Shown: positions 41,395 through 51,092 of the stretch, piece by piece | Numbering within the stretch: the stretch's first letter is position 1 | How the letters are laid out: each line of letters begins with the position of its first letter | From: Fibrobacteria bacterium | GTDB lineage: Bacteria > Fibrobacterota > Fibrobacteria > UBA11236 | Length of the DNA stretch: 64,000 bases | Assembly: GCA_043732185.1 (NCBI GenBank) | Contig: JAYTHY010000112.1 | Span: 1-64,000 of the forward strand | Direction of reading: 5' to 3' | The notes under the pieces: model-generated | Databases searched by the model: none | Seen by the model: the letters and a program-made list of their open reading frames with translations, nothing else | Told to the model about the DNA's origin: nothing | Program-made: the position numbers and the translations under genes

Positions 41395-41774
41395 GAATTC
41401 TCCTCAATGATGTCCATCAATTTATCGATGTCGATAGGTTTTCTGAGATACCCTTTCATACCAAGCGGGCTTAGTCCTTCCCAATCTAAGTCGCCAACCT
41501 CAAGTTCGGTTAGGAGTACGAAGGAGGTGCGGATTCCGCATTGCAGAGCAGAAAGCATAAAGCGAGCCCCGTCCATGTCTGGCATATGAAAGTCGACAAT
41601 GACCCAATCCGGATGGAAAATCCTCAACGCATTCAACCCTTCAGAACCGCTTCTTGCCACCTGCGTGGAAAAACGTTTCCCAAGTATCGCTTGCGATGCC
41701 AGTAACACGATTTCATCATCGTCCACGCACAGAATTTTTAGCTTTTCGGTCGAGTTACTTATACTGCTGGACAT
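41391..41774 (-). CDS. Single-domain response regulator
   Basis: ILCVDDD, IVDFHMPDMDG, LLT, LRKP; start may extend to 41840. Confidence 0.88.
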   Translation of the reverse strand: MSSSISNSTEKLKILCVDDDEIVLLASQAILGKRFSTQVARSGSEGLNALRIFHPDWVIVDFHMPDMDGARFMLSALQCGIRTSFVLLTELEVGDLDWEGLSPLGMKGYLRKPIDIDKLMDIIEENS

Positions 41775-41843
41775 GCTTTTGCTCCCGGGCCAATTATACG
41801 CTTTATTTCGGTTTAGGAAGACATTCGATAGAGTTTGCATAGT

Positions 41844-42251
41844 CTATACCGCCCCAGTCCAGGAATGATTCCCAGCCATCAATAAACGAAGAGTATTCCT
41901 GAACGTTTTTGCATCAAATGGTTTTGGCAGGAATGCGTCTTCCCGTTGAATCTGACCTTCTTCGATTAATACTTCCCGTGAATAGCCGGACATGAAAACA
42001 ACTTTCGTTTCGGGGTGGGTTTCCCGAACGCGACGAGCGACTCCTGGTCCTGATCCCTGCGGCAGGCGAACATCGGCTAGAAGCAAATCGATTTTCCCCG
42101 GACAAGCATCCACCACGACAACCGCTTCCTCTTCAGTCGCGGCCGCCAGAATGTTAAATCCTTCTAGGGAGAGAAATATCCGAATTACTTTGAGCACCAT
42201 TTCCTCGTCTTCAACAACTAGGACTCTTTTTTCGGAAACAGTCGAATCCAT
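41844..42251 (-). CDS. Single-domain response regulator (CckA-receiver-like)
   Basis: VLVVEDE, LLLADVRLP, FMSGY, FLPKPF; start may extend to 42308. Confidence 0.88.
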   Translation of the reverse strand: MDSTVSEKRVLVVEDEEMVLKVIRIFLSLEGFNILAAATEEEAVVVVDACPGKIDLLLADVRLPQGSGPGVARRVRETHPETKVVFMSGYSREVLIEEGQIQREDAFLPKPFDAKTFRNTLRLLMAGNHSWTGAV

Positions 42252-42426
42252 TGGTTCGATTATTTCCGATTGGTTAGGAAAATGGTTTGAATAGATAAAT
42301 TTTTTCATTCTACAACCTGCTTTATCCCAACCTCATGCAGGTTGGCGCTTCTATCATCGCACAAAAAGCGAACGAGAACATCAGGCTAGGGCGCTATTTA
42401 TTTCCATTCCTTTCCCTAGCCGACAT

Positions 42427-42465
42427 ATAGGGAAATGACCTACGTTTTGAAGAAGGTATCCCGAT
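42427..42465. promoter_or_regulatory. Tandem candidate regulator sites (ATAGG-N7-CCTAC and GAAGA-N7-CCGAT)
   Basis: Two imperfect palindromes 22 bp apart in the divergent RR/hybrid-HK promoter; the motif recurs at 41813, 46202 and 46249. Confidence 0.45.
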
Positions 42466-42498
42466 GGCAAAATCCAACATCCATGTGATAATAGGGCT

Positions 42499-45400
42499 AT
42501 GACAATTCAAAAATTGGAGTGGCCACTTTTTTGGGCTGGATTGGGCTATGGTGCTCTCTGTCTTATCAGCGTCAATTTCACGGCGCGCCCCGGAAATTTT
42601 GCAATCTTTTGGCCAGCTAACGGATTTTTTCTGGGTTGGATGTTGTGTCAGCCCGCACCCTCCAAAATAAGGTGGGTAATCGTTCCTGCGATCTTTTCCT
42701 TTGGGTCCAACCTAATGCTTGGCACGCCGCTTATAGCCTCGATTGGGTTCGCCATTGCAAACGGGCTGGAACTTGTAACTGCCTTGCTTCTAGTAGGCCG
42801 TCTCAAAAAATCCACAGATTTTATCAAGAGTTTGGAAGGAATTGTTGAATTTTACGGTGTAGTCTGTTTTGGTGCATCGATAGTCGGCGCGCTGATTGGA
42901 AGTACTACTCTTTTCTTTGTCTTCCATGGACGGTACTTGCCGTCCTTTTTTACATGGTTATTAGTGGATACCGCCGGAATGGTGATTACAACTCCCGCTG
43001 TAATTACATATTTCAAATCCGAATATGCATGGGAAAGGTCCATTCGAAATCGCATAGAATTTATGGGTTGTACAGCTCTGGGCGTACTGATTCTCGTGGT
43101 AGCTTTTATGGAAACGGAAACCGCGCTATTTTCGTTGCCTCGACCGTCACCCTATCTAATCATTCCCGTCCTCGTTTGGTCTGGCGTTCGATTCGGAATG
43201 CGTGGGGTAACCGTTCACTTACTGGGAGTATATGCCTTTGCGACATGGTGTGCAGTCAAAGGTTTTGGCCCGATTAATATCGGCGGGTCGATGAACATTC
43301 GAGGTCTGGTGTCTTTGCATTTGTTTCCACTCGCCGCTGCGGTCAGTTCATTCGCACCCGCGATTTTGCTGGAATCGCAACGAGCTATTGCTGCGCGCTT
43401 AAAGCACCGCGATTCCCGTTATGGGGGGTTATGGAATAGCAAATTAATTGGGATTTACATTACAGATCTTAAGGGAATTATCCGTGAAGCTAATGACACT
43501 TTTTTAGCCTTGATTGAAAAGTCTCGGGAGGAACTAGAATCCGGGAAAATTGAAATCCTTAAATTGGCCACACCAGAATATATTGCCTCTGCCGGTAAGA
43601 ACCAGGAAAAATTTTTGGCACAAAGACAAATTGGTCCTTTCGAGCGAGACTGGATTTTGGAAGATGGCCGCCGTATTGCCAGTCTCGTGTACGCGAGCCT
43701 AATGGACGAACCGGATAGAGCTTTAGGGATGGTAATCGACATGGAAGAACTGCATCTAACCAAGAGCGAGCTGCGAACAGTCGAATCTCGTTTTAGAACG
43801 ATGTTTGACTCCAATGTCCTTGCTGCGGCCATTGTCGATAAACATCGTATGGTCGTTGAAGCGAACAATGCCTTTCTATTGCTGACGGGATATTCGGTAG
43901 AAGATCTCAAGCATCGCATTCCCGTCGACCATTTGATTGTTCCTGGAAATGAAGCTGCTCATAAGACAGCTGATGCTGCGAGCCTCAAGTTTGGGAAGCT
44001 AGAGCCTCATGAAATTATTTGGCAGAGAAAAGATGGAAGTCAGGTCCCAATATTTCGCGGATTCTCCAGTTTGCCCGATGATGCCGGCTTTTTGGTAGTG
44101 GCCATGGATCTTTCTGCGCAAAAGCGAACCCAAGCTGAATTGGAGTCCGCGAATGAAGCCAAATCACAATTCTTGGCGCATATGAGTCATGAAATCCGAA
44201 CACCTTTGAACGGTGTCTTAGGTATGCTTTCCATTTTACAAGGTTCCGGCTTAAGCGATAGCCAGGAGGCGCATGTTCAAATTGGACAAGAGAGCGGTAA
44301 ATACCTGCTCGCTATTATTAACCAGGTGCTTGATTATTCAAAACTGGGAAGCGACCAATTTGAGCTGGCTCACGATGAATTCATTTTACGTTCCGTGGTT
44401 TCCGGGAGTCTTGCGCCTTTAGTTGAACAGGCAAAATCGAAACACATCGAAATACATTACGAAATTGGTTCGGATATTCCGGAATCTTTTGTGGGGGATC
44501 CCGTTCAACTTCAACAAGTTTTGATCAATTTATTAGGCAATGCGGTAAAATTCTCATCCTCGGGAAGAGTAACGCTGAAGCTCATTCTAGAAGAGATAAT
44601 TGAGGACATTTGTAGAATTCGATTCGAGGTGGAGGATCAAGGTCCCGGCATCGCCAGCAGTTTGTTTTCAGGATTATTTCTGCCGTTTAAGCAAGGGGAC
44701 GCTACACTTTCAAGAAGATCAGGTGGTACGGGTTTAGGCTTGGCAATAAGTAAGGAAATTGTCCAACGCATGGGCGGAAAAATTTGGTTGGAAAGTACCG
44801 TGGGTAAGGGAAGTTGTTTTTACTTCACTGCTGAATTATTGATGTCGCTTACCGAGCCATCACTATCAAATGAAGGAAATGGTTTTGAAGGTAGAATTAC
44901 AAGTGGGAGGGCGCCCCTGGGCTGGTGTAAAGCTCCTGCCGTTTTGGTCGTCGATGATCATCCAGTGAATTTAATTGTGGCGGCTTCGATGCTCAAAAGA
45001 CTGGGATGCATAGTGGATACGGTTTCTGAGGGCACATCGGCCCTTAGGTCGGTGGCAATGAAGGCGTACGATTTAGTCTTCATGGACTGCCAAATGCCGG
45101 ATATGGATGGTTTTGAAACAACCCGAAAAATTCGGGCAACGGAAACAGGGGAGGTGCGACTTCCAATTGTTGCTCTAACCGCCCATGCAGTGGACGGGGT
45201 TAGGGAAAAATGTATTTCGGAAGGTATGGATGACTATATCGCGAAACCATTTACAGATTTGGAAATCGAATTTGTTTTGCGACGCTGGAATGGGCATTTG
45301 CTGATTGCCGGAGAAAAAGTAACCGTGCCCGAATCGCTTCCAATGCCTCAGATTAATGCAAATATCTATCAACCCGTAATAAACTTGGATCCAGGTTCTA

Positions 45401-45762
45401 GTGTAATCGAGTGGAAGCGGTTGTCCAAGCTGGATGACGGAACGGACGCTGGTAGAGAGACTGTACTTGAACTTTTGCAGCTGTTTCTTGATTCGAGCCA
45501 ATCCATTTTTATTAAAATAAGAGAGCATTTCGAGAACGAATCCCAGGATGAGCTTAATAAAGCATTGCACAAGCTGAAGGGAAGTTGTGGAACCATGGGC
45601 GCCATTGCCTTGCACCAATCTATTCGTCGGTTGGAGGTGTTGCAGCTTAGAAATGCACGCAGTGAATTTGGGATTGAAATGGAAACATTGAATAAGCTTT
45701 TTCAACTTACCTTTGAAGAATTCAGGCGGAAGTATCCGACTGTTTCGACCCAGGTCTTTTAG
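42499..45762 (+). CDS. Hybrid histidine kinase MASE1-PAS-PAS-HisKA-HATPase-REC-HPt
   Basis: MASE1-like FWPANG TM region; two PAS-like segments; SHEIRTPLNG; GGTGLGL; FMDCQMP; HPt HKLKGS. Confidence 0.93.
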   Translation: MTIQKLEWPLFWAGLGYGALCLISVNFTARPGNFAIFWPANGFFLGWMLCQPAPSKIRWVIVPAIFSFGSNLMLGTPLIASIGFAIANGLELVTALLLVGRLKKSTDFIKSLEGIVEFYGVVCFGASIVGALIGSTTLFFVFHGRYLPSFFTWLLVDTAGMVITTPAVITYFKSEYAWERSIRNRIEFMGCTALGVLILVVAFMETETALFSLPRPSPYLIIPVLVWSGVRFGMRGVTVHLLGVYAFATWCAVKGFGPINIGGSMNIRGLVSLHLFPLAAAVSSFAPAILLESQRAIAARLKHRDSRYGGLWNSKLIGIYITDLKGIIREANDTFLALIEKSREELESGKIEILKLATPEYIASAGKNQEKFLAQRQIGPFERDWILEDGRRIASLVYASLMDEPDRALGMVIDMEELHLTKSELRTVESRFRTMFDSNVLAAAIVDKHRMVVEANNAFLLLTGYSVEDLKHRIPVDHLIVPGNEAAHKTADAASLKFGKLEPHEIIWQRKDGSQVPIFRGFSSLPDDAGFLVVAMDLSAQKRTQAELESANEAKSQFLAHMSHEIRTPLNGVLGMLSILQGSGLSDSQEAHVQIGQESGKYLLAIINQVLDYSKLGSDQFELAHDEFILRSVVSGSLAPLVEQAKSKHIEIHYEIGSDIPESFVGDPVQLQQVLINLLGNAVKFSSSGRVTLKLILEEIIEDICRIRFEVEDQGPGIASSLFSGLFLPFKQGDATLSRRSGGTGLGLAISKEIVQRMGGKIWLESTVGKGSCFYFTAELLMSLTEPSLSNEGNGFEGRITSGRAPLGWCKAPAVLVVDDHPVNLIVAASMLKRLGCIVDTVSEGTSALRSVAMKAYDLVFMDCQMPDMDGFETTRKIRATETGEVRLPIVALTAHAVDGVREKCISEGMDDYIAKPFTDLEIEFVLRRWNGHLLIAGEKVTVPESLPMPQINANIYQPVINLDPGSSVIEWKRLSKLDDGTDAGRETVLELLQLFLDSSQSIFIKIREHFENESQDELNKALHKLKGSCGTMGAIALHQSIRRLEVLQLRNARSEFGIEMETLNKLFQLTFEEFRRKYPTVSTQVF

Positions 45763-46135
45763 CTGCCATACTGAAGGGAATTAGTAACCGGAATTGATCC
45801 ATCTTGAATGGCTTTTCTAGATAGGCTTCATCTTTCCGCAGGCAATCCAGGAAAGAGAATTCAGCAGCTGGATAACCCGACATATAGATGACCCGTATTT
45901 CAGGCTGCAGCGACCTGATGTTTTTAGCCACCTCCGGTCCATTTCCCTTGCGCAATCGCATATCTGTTAAGAGCAGCGGTATTTTTCCCGCAAATACTTT
46001 TACCTGGTTTAAAGCGGATTCTTCGTCTTTCGCAGGTAATGGCAGATACCCTTCTTGCGCCAAGAGGAGGCAAATCACTTCTAATACCAATTCCTCATCC
46101 TCGATCACAAGTATTGGAATTCTTGAATTCCTCAT
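45722..46135 (-). CDS. Single-domain response regulator (paralog of 41844-42251)
   Basis: ILVIEDE, LLLTDMRL, YMSGY, YLEKPF. Confidence 0.87.
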   Translation of the reverse strand: MRNSRIPILVIEDEELVLEVICLLLAQEGYLPLPAKDEESALNQVKVFAGKIPLLLTDMRLRKGNGPEVAKNIRSLQPEIRVIYMSGYPAAEFSFLDCLRKDEAYLEKPFKMDQFRLLIPFSMAAKRPGSKQSDTSA

Positions 46136-46201
46136 ACTTTCATTCCCATGATTTTTTGGAAGGCATCTTAGTGAACATAAAAACCAAACCAATCAAAACA
46201 A

Positions 46202-46265
46202 TCAGGAGCAAGCCCTATTTAATTGCTTAAAAAATACTAGTGTTCGCTATCGGGAAAGCGCCTAT
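46202..46265. promoter_or_regulatory. Candidate regulator sites TCAGG-N7-CCTAT and ATCGG-N7-CCTAT
   Basis: Imperfect palindromes at 46202-46218 and 46249-46265 upstream of the 45722 RR. Confidence 0.45.
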
Positions 46266-46284
46266 CCGGCTATCGGATGATGAG

Positions 46285-46980
46285 TCACGGAATGGATTTA
46301 CTTTTATCGGATTTCTGCGCAAACGTCGAAAAAGCCAATCGGCGTAATTCCATTCCTGAATCAATTACAAGTTTTCGGCGAATATGGGCTAGATGGGCTT
46401 CAATTGTTTTTGAGCTTAGGCAAAGTTTTTCGGCCATTTTTCGAGTTGGAAGCCCTTCACCGGCCAATCTAAAAATTTGAAGTTCGCGATCCGATAAGTC
46501 TTCGAGCTTGGCCTCTGTGTTTCGGGTTTTTCCGGATAGGCCCAAAAGAATTTTATCTTTCATTCGGTTACTCAATACCACTTCTCCGGACAATGCCGCG
46601 CGAATGGAATCCATCATTTTATCAGGATCCTCGTCTTTCATCACATACCCTTTTCCACCAGCGCGGATAACACGCTCCGCGTAGATGTCCTCAGTATGCA
46701 TGGAAAGTATGACGACGGGCAAATCTGGGTATTCCTCCTTCAATGCGGCGATTAGGTCCAAACCACTACCGTCTTCCAACTCAAGATCAGACAGTACCAA
46801 ATCGGGAGTTTCCTTACGAATAGCCTTTAGGGCATCTTGAACTCCGCTGGCTTCCCCCGTGACTTGCCAATCCAGGGACTGGGCAAGAGATGCTGACAAA
46901 CCCCGACGTACGACTGGATGATCATCTACAATCAAAATTTTCCGGGAGTTTCCCGAGCGCGCACTATTATTGGTTACCAT
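46285..46980 (-). CDS. NarL/FixJ family response regulator (REC + LuxR HTH)
   Basis: ILIVDDHPVVR.G, ILSMH, GYVMK, LSDRELQIF...G...A..LCLS.KT.EAH; start MVTNN. Confidence 0.94.
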   Translation of the reverse strand: MVTNNSARSGNSRKILIVDDHPVVRRGLSASLAQSLDWQVTGEASGVQDALKAIRKETPDLVLSDLELEDGSGLDLIAALKEEYPDLPVVILSMHTEDIYAERVIRAGGKGYVMKDEDPDKMMDSIRAALSGEVVLSNRMKDKILLGLSGKTRNTEAKLEDLSDRELQIFRLAGEGLPTRKMAEKLCLSSKTIEAHLAHIRRKLVIDSGMELRRLAFSTFAQKSDKSKSIP

Positions 46981-47070
46981 ATAAAATGCCTCGGTTCCGG
47001 GATTTAAAGTCACAATAATGATAGAATAAAGGCAATCTCCGATGCCACATACAAGAAAGGGCGTAATCGG

Positions 47071-47655
47071 TTGAAATGCCTGCTTGTCGAGGACGATCCA
47101 GTTAATTTGGCGCTTTTGAAGGGATTCCTGTTGCGTATGGGCCATGAAGTGAGTGCCGTTTCCACAGGTCACGAAGCTTGGATGACCTACGTTGCTGACC
47201 GTTTTCCTGTAGTGATTTGCGACTGGAGTTTACCAGGAATGTCAGGAATTGAAATCTGCCAACGTGTGCGCGCCCGAAAAAGTTCGGAATATACGTACTT
47301 CATCTTGATCACTGCCCTTGAAGGGGAAGATAAAATTCAGGAGGCCATGGACTCGGGTGTCGATGATTTTCTTTCAAAGCCAATTGATTTGAATACGCTT
47401 TCTGTTCGTGTCAGAGTAGCCGAACGAATCATGGAATTCCAAAGCCAAATCGGATTGCTTAAGGGATTGCTTCCTATTTGTATGTACTGTAAAAAAATTC
47501 GTGGCGATAAAGAATACTGGGAAACCGTGGAGGCTTATTTTACAGCGCACACCGGTGCGGATTTCACGCACTCTCTATGCCCGGATTGCTATACGACGCA
47601 TGTCCTTCCTGCATTGGTGAACAGCGAAACCGATCCGAGTTTAGGCACCGATTAA
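47071..47655 (+). CDS. Response regulator with C-terminal Cys/His putative Zn-binding domain
   Basis: REC domain followed by LLPICMYCKKIR...FTHSLCPDC; TTG start. Confidence 0.88.
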   Translation: MKCLLVEDDPVNLALLKGFLLRMGHEVSAVSTGHEAWMTYVADRFPVVICDWSLPGMSGIEICQRVRARKSSEYTYFILITALEGEDKIQEAMDSGVDDFLSKPIDLNTLSVRVRVAERIMEFQSQIGLLKGLLPICMYCKKIRGDKEYWETVEAYFTAHTGADFTHSLCPDCYTTHVLPALVNSETDPSLGTD

Positions 47656-47710
47656 ACTGGCAACCCACAACTAGAACTGGAAATGGATTTAGATTTGTGG
47701 TTGAACGTAA

Positions 47711-49117
47711 TTAGTCGAGCAGCGCCTTGAACCAACGGTTTGCGGGCTGTATCTGAGGCTGGGCTAAAGAACGAATCTGGATGAGATAAATCCCATGGGG
47801 CAAACTGCCATAATTGAAAGTGGCAGGATTCAAGGATGTAGCGGAAATTTCCGTACGCTTTCCCGTGAGGGATTGTAGGACGATTTTTGTGGCTCTCTGG
47901 GCTTGGGAAAATGTCAAGGTATGGCTTTGGCTGTGCACCTGCATTTGCTCGGACATAAAAGGCGTTACTTGCGGTATGGTGCTCACGCCGGAGCAAGGCG
48001 CAGTGCCATTGGTTGTTTGTGTTTGTAGCCAAGCGGTTGTGTCGATTGAATTTTGATCTACCCAGGTGAGCACCGGCCCAGTGAGCCCACACAACCGATT
48101 GTAGCCGATTTCCAACCCATACAGTCCCGTCAAAGCAGTAATGGATGCGGGAAGCGCTGTAATTTGATTTTTCGACAATAGCAACCTTTTCAAATTTTTC
48201 AGCTTGCTGATATCTGTGGAAAGGCTAGTCAGCAAATTTTGTTTCAATTCTAAATGCGCAATCAAAGTGTCTTTCCAAAGCGTGGGAGGTAAAGCCGTGA
48301 TCAATGTGTTGTCCATGATTAATTTATTGAGTTTGGGAAGGCTGCCAATTTCAGCTGGTAGGACCGTAATTTTGTTTCCGGAAAAGTCTAATTCTTTAAA
48401 GGTTTTCACATTTCCAATAGTGGCGGGAATGGAGGTTAAGAGATTGTCGGCAATTTCCAAGGACCATAAATCTTGAAAGGCAAGTACTCCAGCGGGGAGA
48501 TGTGTCAGTCTATTTTTGCTCAGACGTAAGTAATTGATTCCAAGGATGCCGCCAATTTCCACAGGCAAGGAATCGATAAGGTTGTCGCTTAAGTCCAGCA
48601 CATGAAAATAAGGATGATCAAGATTTTGCATTTCCGCCGGTACGGTGGTCAAGCGATTACCGCTCAATGTCAACCCATTCAATTGCTTGATCTGTCCTAT
48701 TTCTGCAGGAACGGAGGCCAATGCGTTTCTGTCCAAAGTCATGATGTAAATGTTTTGCCAGAGACCGATTTCTTTTGGTAAGGAAGTCAATTTTTTATTG
48801 TCCGTGAACACCACATTTCTCAAATTGATTAGGAGGCCCATTTCCGTGGGCAACTGAGTCAACTGAGTATATCGAATGGTCAAGTCCCTGAGTTCAACGA
48901 GTCGGCCAATTCCGGTAATGACCTTGATATTGGAATCAATCAAGGATAGGGCATTGACCCGACCCGTTGGCGCATTGGTGATGTCCGCTAATTTTACAGT
49001 TAGACCATTGGCCGTGAATATGGCTGTGATAACTGATTCGTCACAAGCTCGACTCGTGCATGGTTGTCCACAGCAAATACCAATATTGACCAATAGGAGC
49101 AGTATAATTTTTTTCAT
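47711..49117 (-). CDS. Secreted leucine-rich repeat protein with T9SS-like CTD
   Basis: Signal peptide, Cys caps, 13 LRRs, CTD LQSLTGK...LPHGIYLIQI. Confidence 0.9.
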   Translation of the reverse strand: MKKIILLLLVNIGICCGQPCTSRACDESVITAIFTANGLTVKLADITNAPTGRVNALSLIDSNIKVITGIGRLVELRDLTIRYTQLTQLPTEMGLLINLRNVVFTDNKKLTSLPKEIGLWQNIYIMTLDRNALASVPAEIGQIKQLNGLTLSGNRLTTVPAEMQNLDHPYFHVLDLSDNLIDSLPVEIGGILGINYLRLSKNRLTHLPAGVLAFQDLWSLEIADNLLTSIPATIGNVKTFKELDFSGNKITVLPAEIGSLPKLNKLIMDNTLITALPPTLWKDTLIAHLELKQNLLTSLSTDISKLKNLKRLLLSKNQITALPASITALTGLYGLEIGYNRLCGLTGPVLTWVDQNSIDTTAWLQTQTTNGTAPCSGVSTIPQVTPFMSEQMQVHSQSHTLTFSQAQRATKIVLQSLTGKRTEISATSLNPATFNYGSLPHGIYLIQIRSLAQPQIQPANRWFKALLD

Positions 49118-49172
49118 TTGTGACTAAAATACCTTATGGCCCTTTCAAAATCGTTTGAATTTTACCGGCGGT

Positions 49173-50945
49173 TTATTGTGTTAGTAGTATACCTCCCAAA
49201 GACGATGTTTTGCCAGCTCGGAAGCGATAAATGTATATGCCTGCCTGATTAATGGGCAAATCGTAAGTAAAAGCGTGCCGACCTTTTTCAAGATATTGAT
49301 TGCATATTTGATAGGCTTTTCCGGTGGTGGGCTGAATGATTTCCAAGTGCACGGCAGTTGCTTCAATAATCTCAAGCGTATAGGTGATGGAACGATCCGT
49401 TTTTCGCATTTCCAGGATCGTGCCGTGCGCCAATTCTTTCTGAAAAGAAGCTTGCGTGCGGATGCCAACGGGTATTTTCTTGAGCGCTGCGCCAGCGTTG
49501 AGCTGGCCATATCCATATTCCGGATGCACGCCATTGACATAGGTGACCCCGCCGATTTTGTCGCATGTGGAGTGCATGATATCCAAGACTTCAGCTCGAG
49601 TGTAATTTGGATTGACGGATAGAATTAGGGCTGCAACTCCTGCTGCCAAAGGTGTTGCAGCAGAGGTGCCGCCAAACTGCCAAGTATAATCGGTGGGATC
49701 CTCGCCTAGTGCTCCGGGAAGGTCCGTGGTCCAGCCTGGTCCCCCAGAAATTGGAGCTAAAAAGTCGACGGTTTTGGTTCCCGCTCTACCCCAATTGCTA
49801 TAGCTGGCCCTAAAGCCATCGTCTGTAGCTGAACCGACTGAAATGACTTCTGCCATGTCACCGGGATCATCCACTGCATCTGCATTGTCGTTTCCGGAAG
49901 ATTTAAAAAGTAAGTAACCTTTTCCATTTCGACCCGTATTAACGAGTTGAGTAATTGCGGCCCTCACGGTATTGGAGTTGAATACGCCTACAGAAATACT
50001 CCCGATATCGGAATGTTCACCAGCGTAAAACAGGGCATTGGCGATACTAGTACTAGAAGCAAACTTCCTTTTCGGCCAGTCCAAAACTTTTACGGCCAGG
50101 ATGGTAATATTGGGCGCCACGCCACTAATTCCAATGCCATTGTTGCCGGTAGCGCCAGCTAAACCCGCGCAATTGGTTCCATGTGTGCTGGAATCGGTTT
50201 CTGGGGTAACATTTGTGGTTGGTGGATTATCGACAAAGTTCTTACTCAAGGGCGACAGAGGAATGTCGGGATGTCCCTGTGATACCCCTTCATCGAATAT
50301 GGTAACCGTTACTGATTTTTTCCCCATGGAAATATCCCAGGCAGGTACCACGTTTAAATCGCCCGTAACCTTTCCACCATACTGGCCGGTATTTTGTAAA
50401 TACCATTGCTTGTTAAACAACGGATCATTGGGAAGAAAATCGGGCTGAACTTCTGCGATAAAATCCGGCTCCACCCATATCACATTTGGTAGACCATGAA
50501 TCCTATCGGAAATTTTTAGAGCATTGCTGTCGCATTCTAATACAAAGGTGTTATCCAAGTGCAGTTTTTCAACGAATCGAGTTCCGGATTTTTCCAGAAT
50601 AGGTGCGAGGTTCGCGCCTGGTTGCAAACATACGATGATACGGTTTTGCACTAAAACCCGTCCGCCATTTTTGGGTTCTAGAAATAATTGCTCGACACTT
50701 TGGGCGTTTGGGGAAGTCCCGCGCATTTGCGAATTATTTTGTTTGAACAAAGCAGAAGACTGGTGGATGCGTAACAGGCGAATCCTTTTCCCATTGCAAT
50801 AATATCCATCCCCCTCATCGACAATACTTGCTGAGGAATCGAATAATTTTGTGACTGCCGCATGGCTCAAATCTTGAGCGGAGAAGAAGGTGCTGAAAAG
50901 CGTTGCGATGAACAGGCAAAGTTGAATTCGTTTTAGGTTTACCAT
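49173..50945 (-). CDS. Secreted S8 subtilisin-like serine protease with propeptide and CTD-like tail
   Basis: PNDP..QW, catalytic D (IFDEG), H (HGTNCAG), S (GGTSAATP); GIYIYRF tail. Confidence 0.93.
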   Translation of the reverse strand: MVNLKRIQLCLFIATLFSTFFSAQDLSHAAVTKLFDSSASIVDEGDGYYCNGKRIRLLRIHQSSALFKQNNSQMRGTSPNAQSVEQLFLEPKNGGRVLVQNRIIVCLQPGANLAPILEKSGTRFVEKLHLDNTFVLECDSNALKISDRIHGLPNVIWVEPDFIAEVQPDFLPNDPLFNKQWYLQNTGQYGGKVTGDLNVVPAWDISMGKKSVTVTIFDEGVSQGHPDIPLSPLSKNFVDNPPTTNVTPETDSSTHGTNCAGLAGATGNNGIGISGVAPNITILAVKVLDWPKRKFASSTSIANALFYAGEHSDIGSISVGVFNSNTVRAAITQLVNTGRNGKGYLLFKSSGNDNADAVDDPGDMAEVISVGSATDDGFRASYSNWGRAGTKTVDFLAPISGGPGWTTDLPGALGEDPTDYTWQFGGTSAATPLAAGVAALILSVNPNYTRAEVLDIMHSTCDKIGGVTYVNGVHPEYGYGQLNAGAALKKIPVGIRTQASFQKELAHGTILEMRKTDRSITYTLEIIEATAVHLEIIQPTTGKAYQICNQYLEKGRHAFTYDLPINQAGIYIYRFRAGKTSSLGGILLTQ

Positions 50946-51092
50946 TCAGCTCCCCTAATTGCATCGGATAAAATCTTTTATCCAAATCTATTCCGATTAT
51001 CCCATTAGGCAGACCATATTTAATAGAAGATTTACCAATTCTGGTTTTTTGTTTTAATGAGAACCCTAAACAGGTCCAGAAAAACTATGGAC

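Noticed and set aside
46981..47172. N-terminal extension of the NarL-family ORF
   Set aside because: Overlaps the divergent RR gene and promoter; the true start is more plausibly 46980
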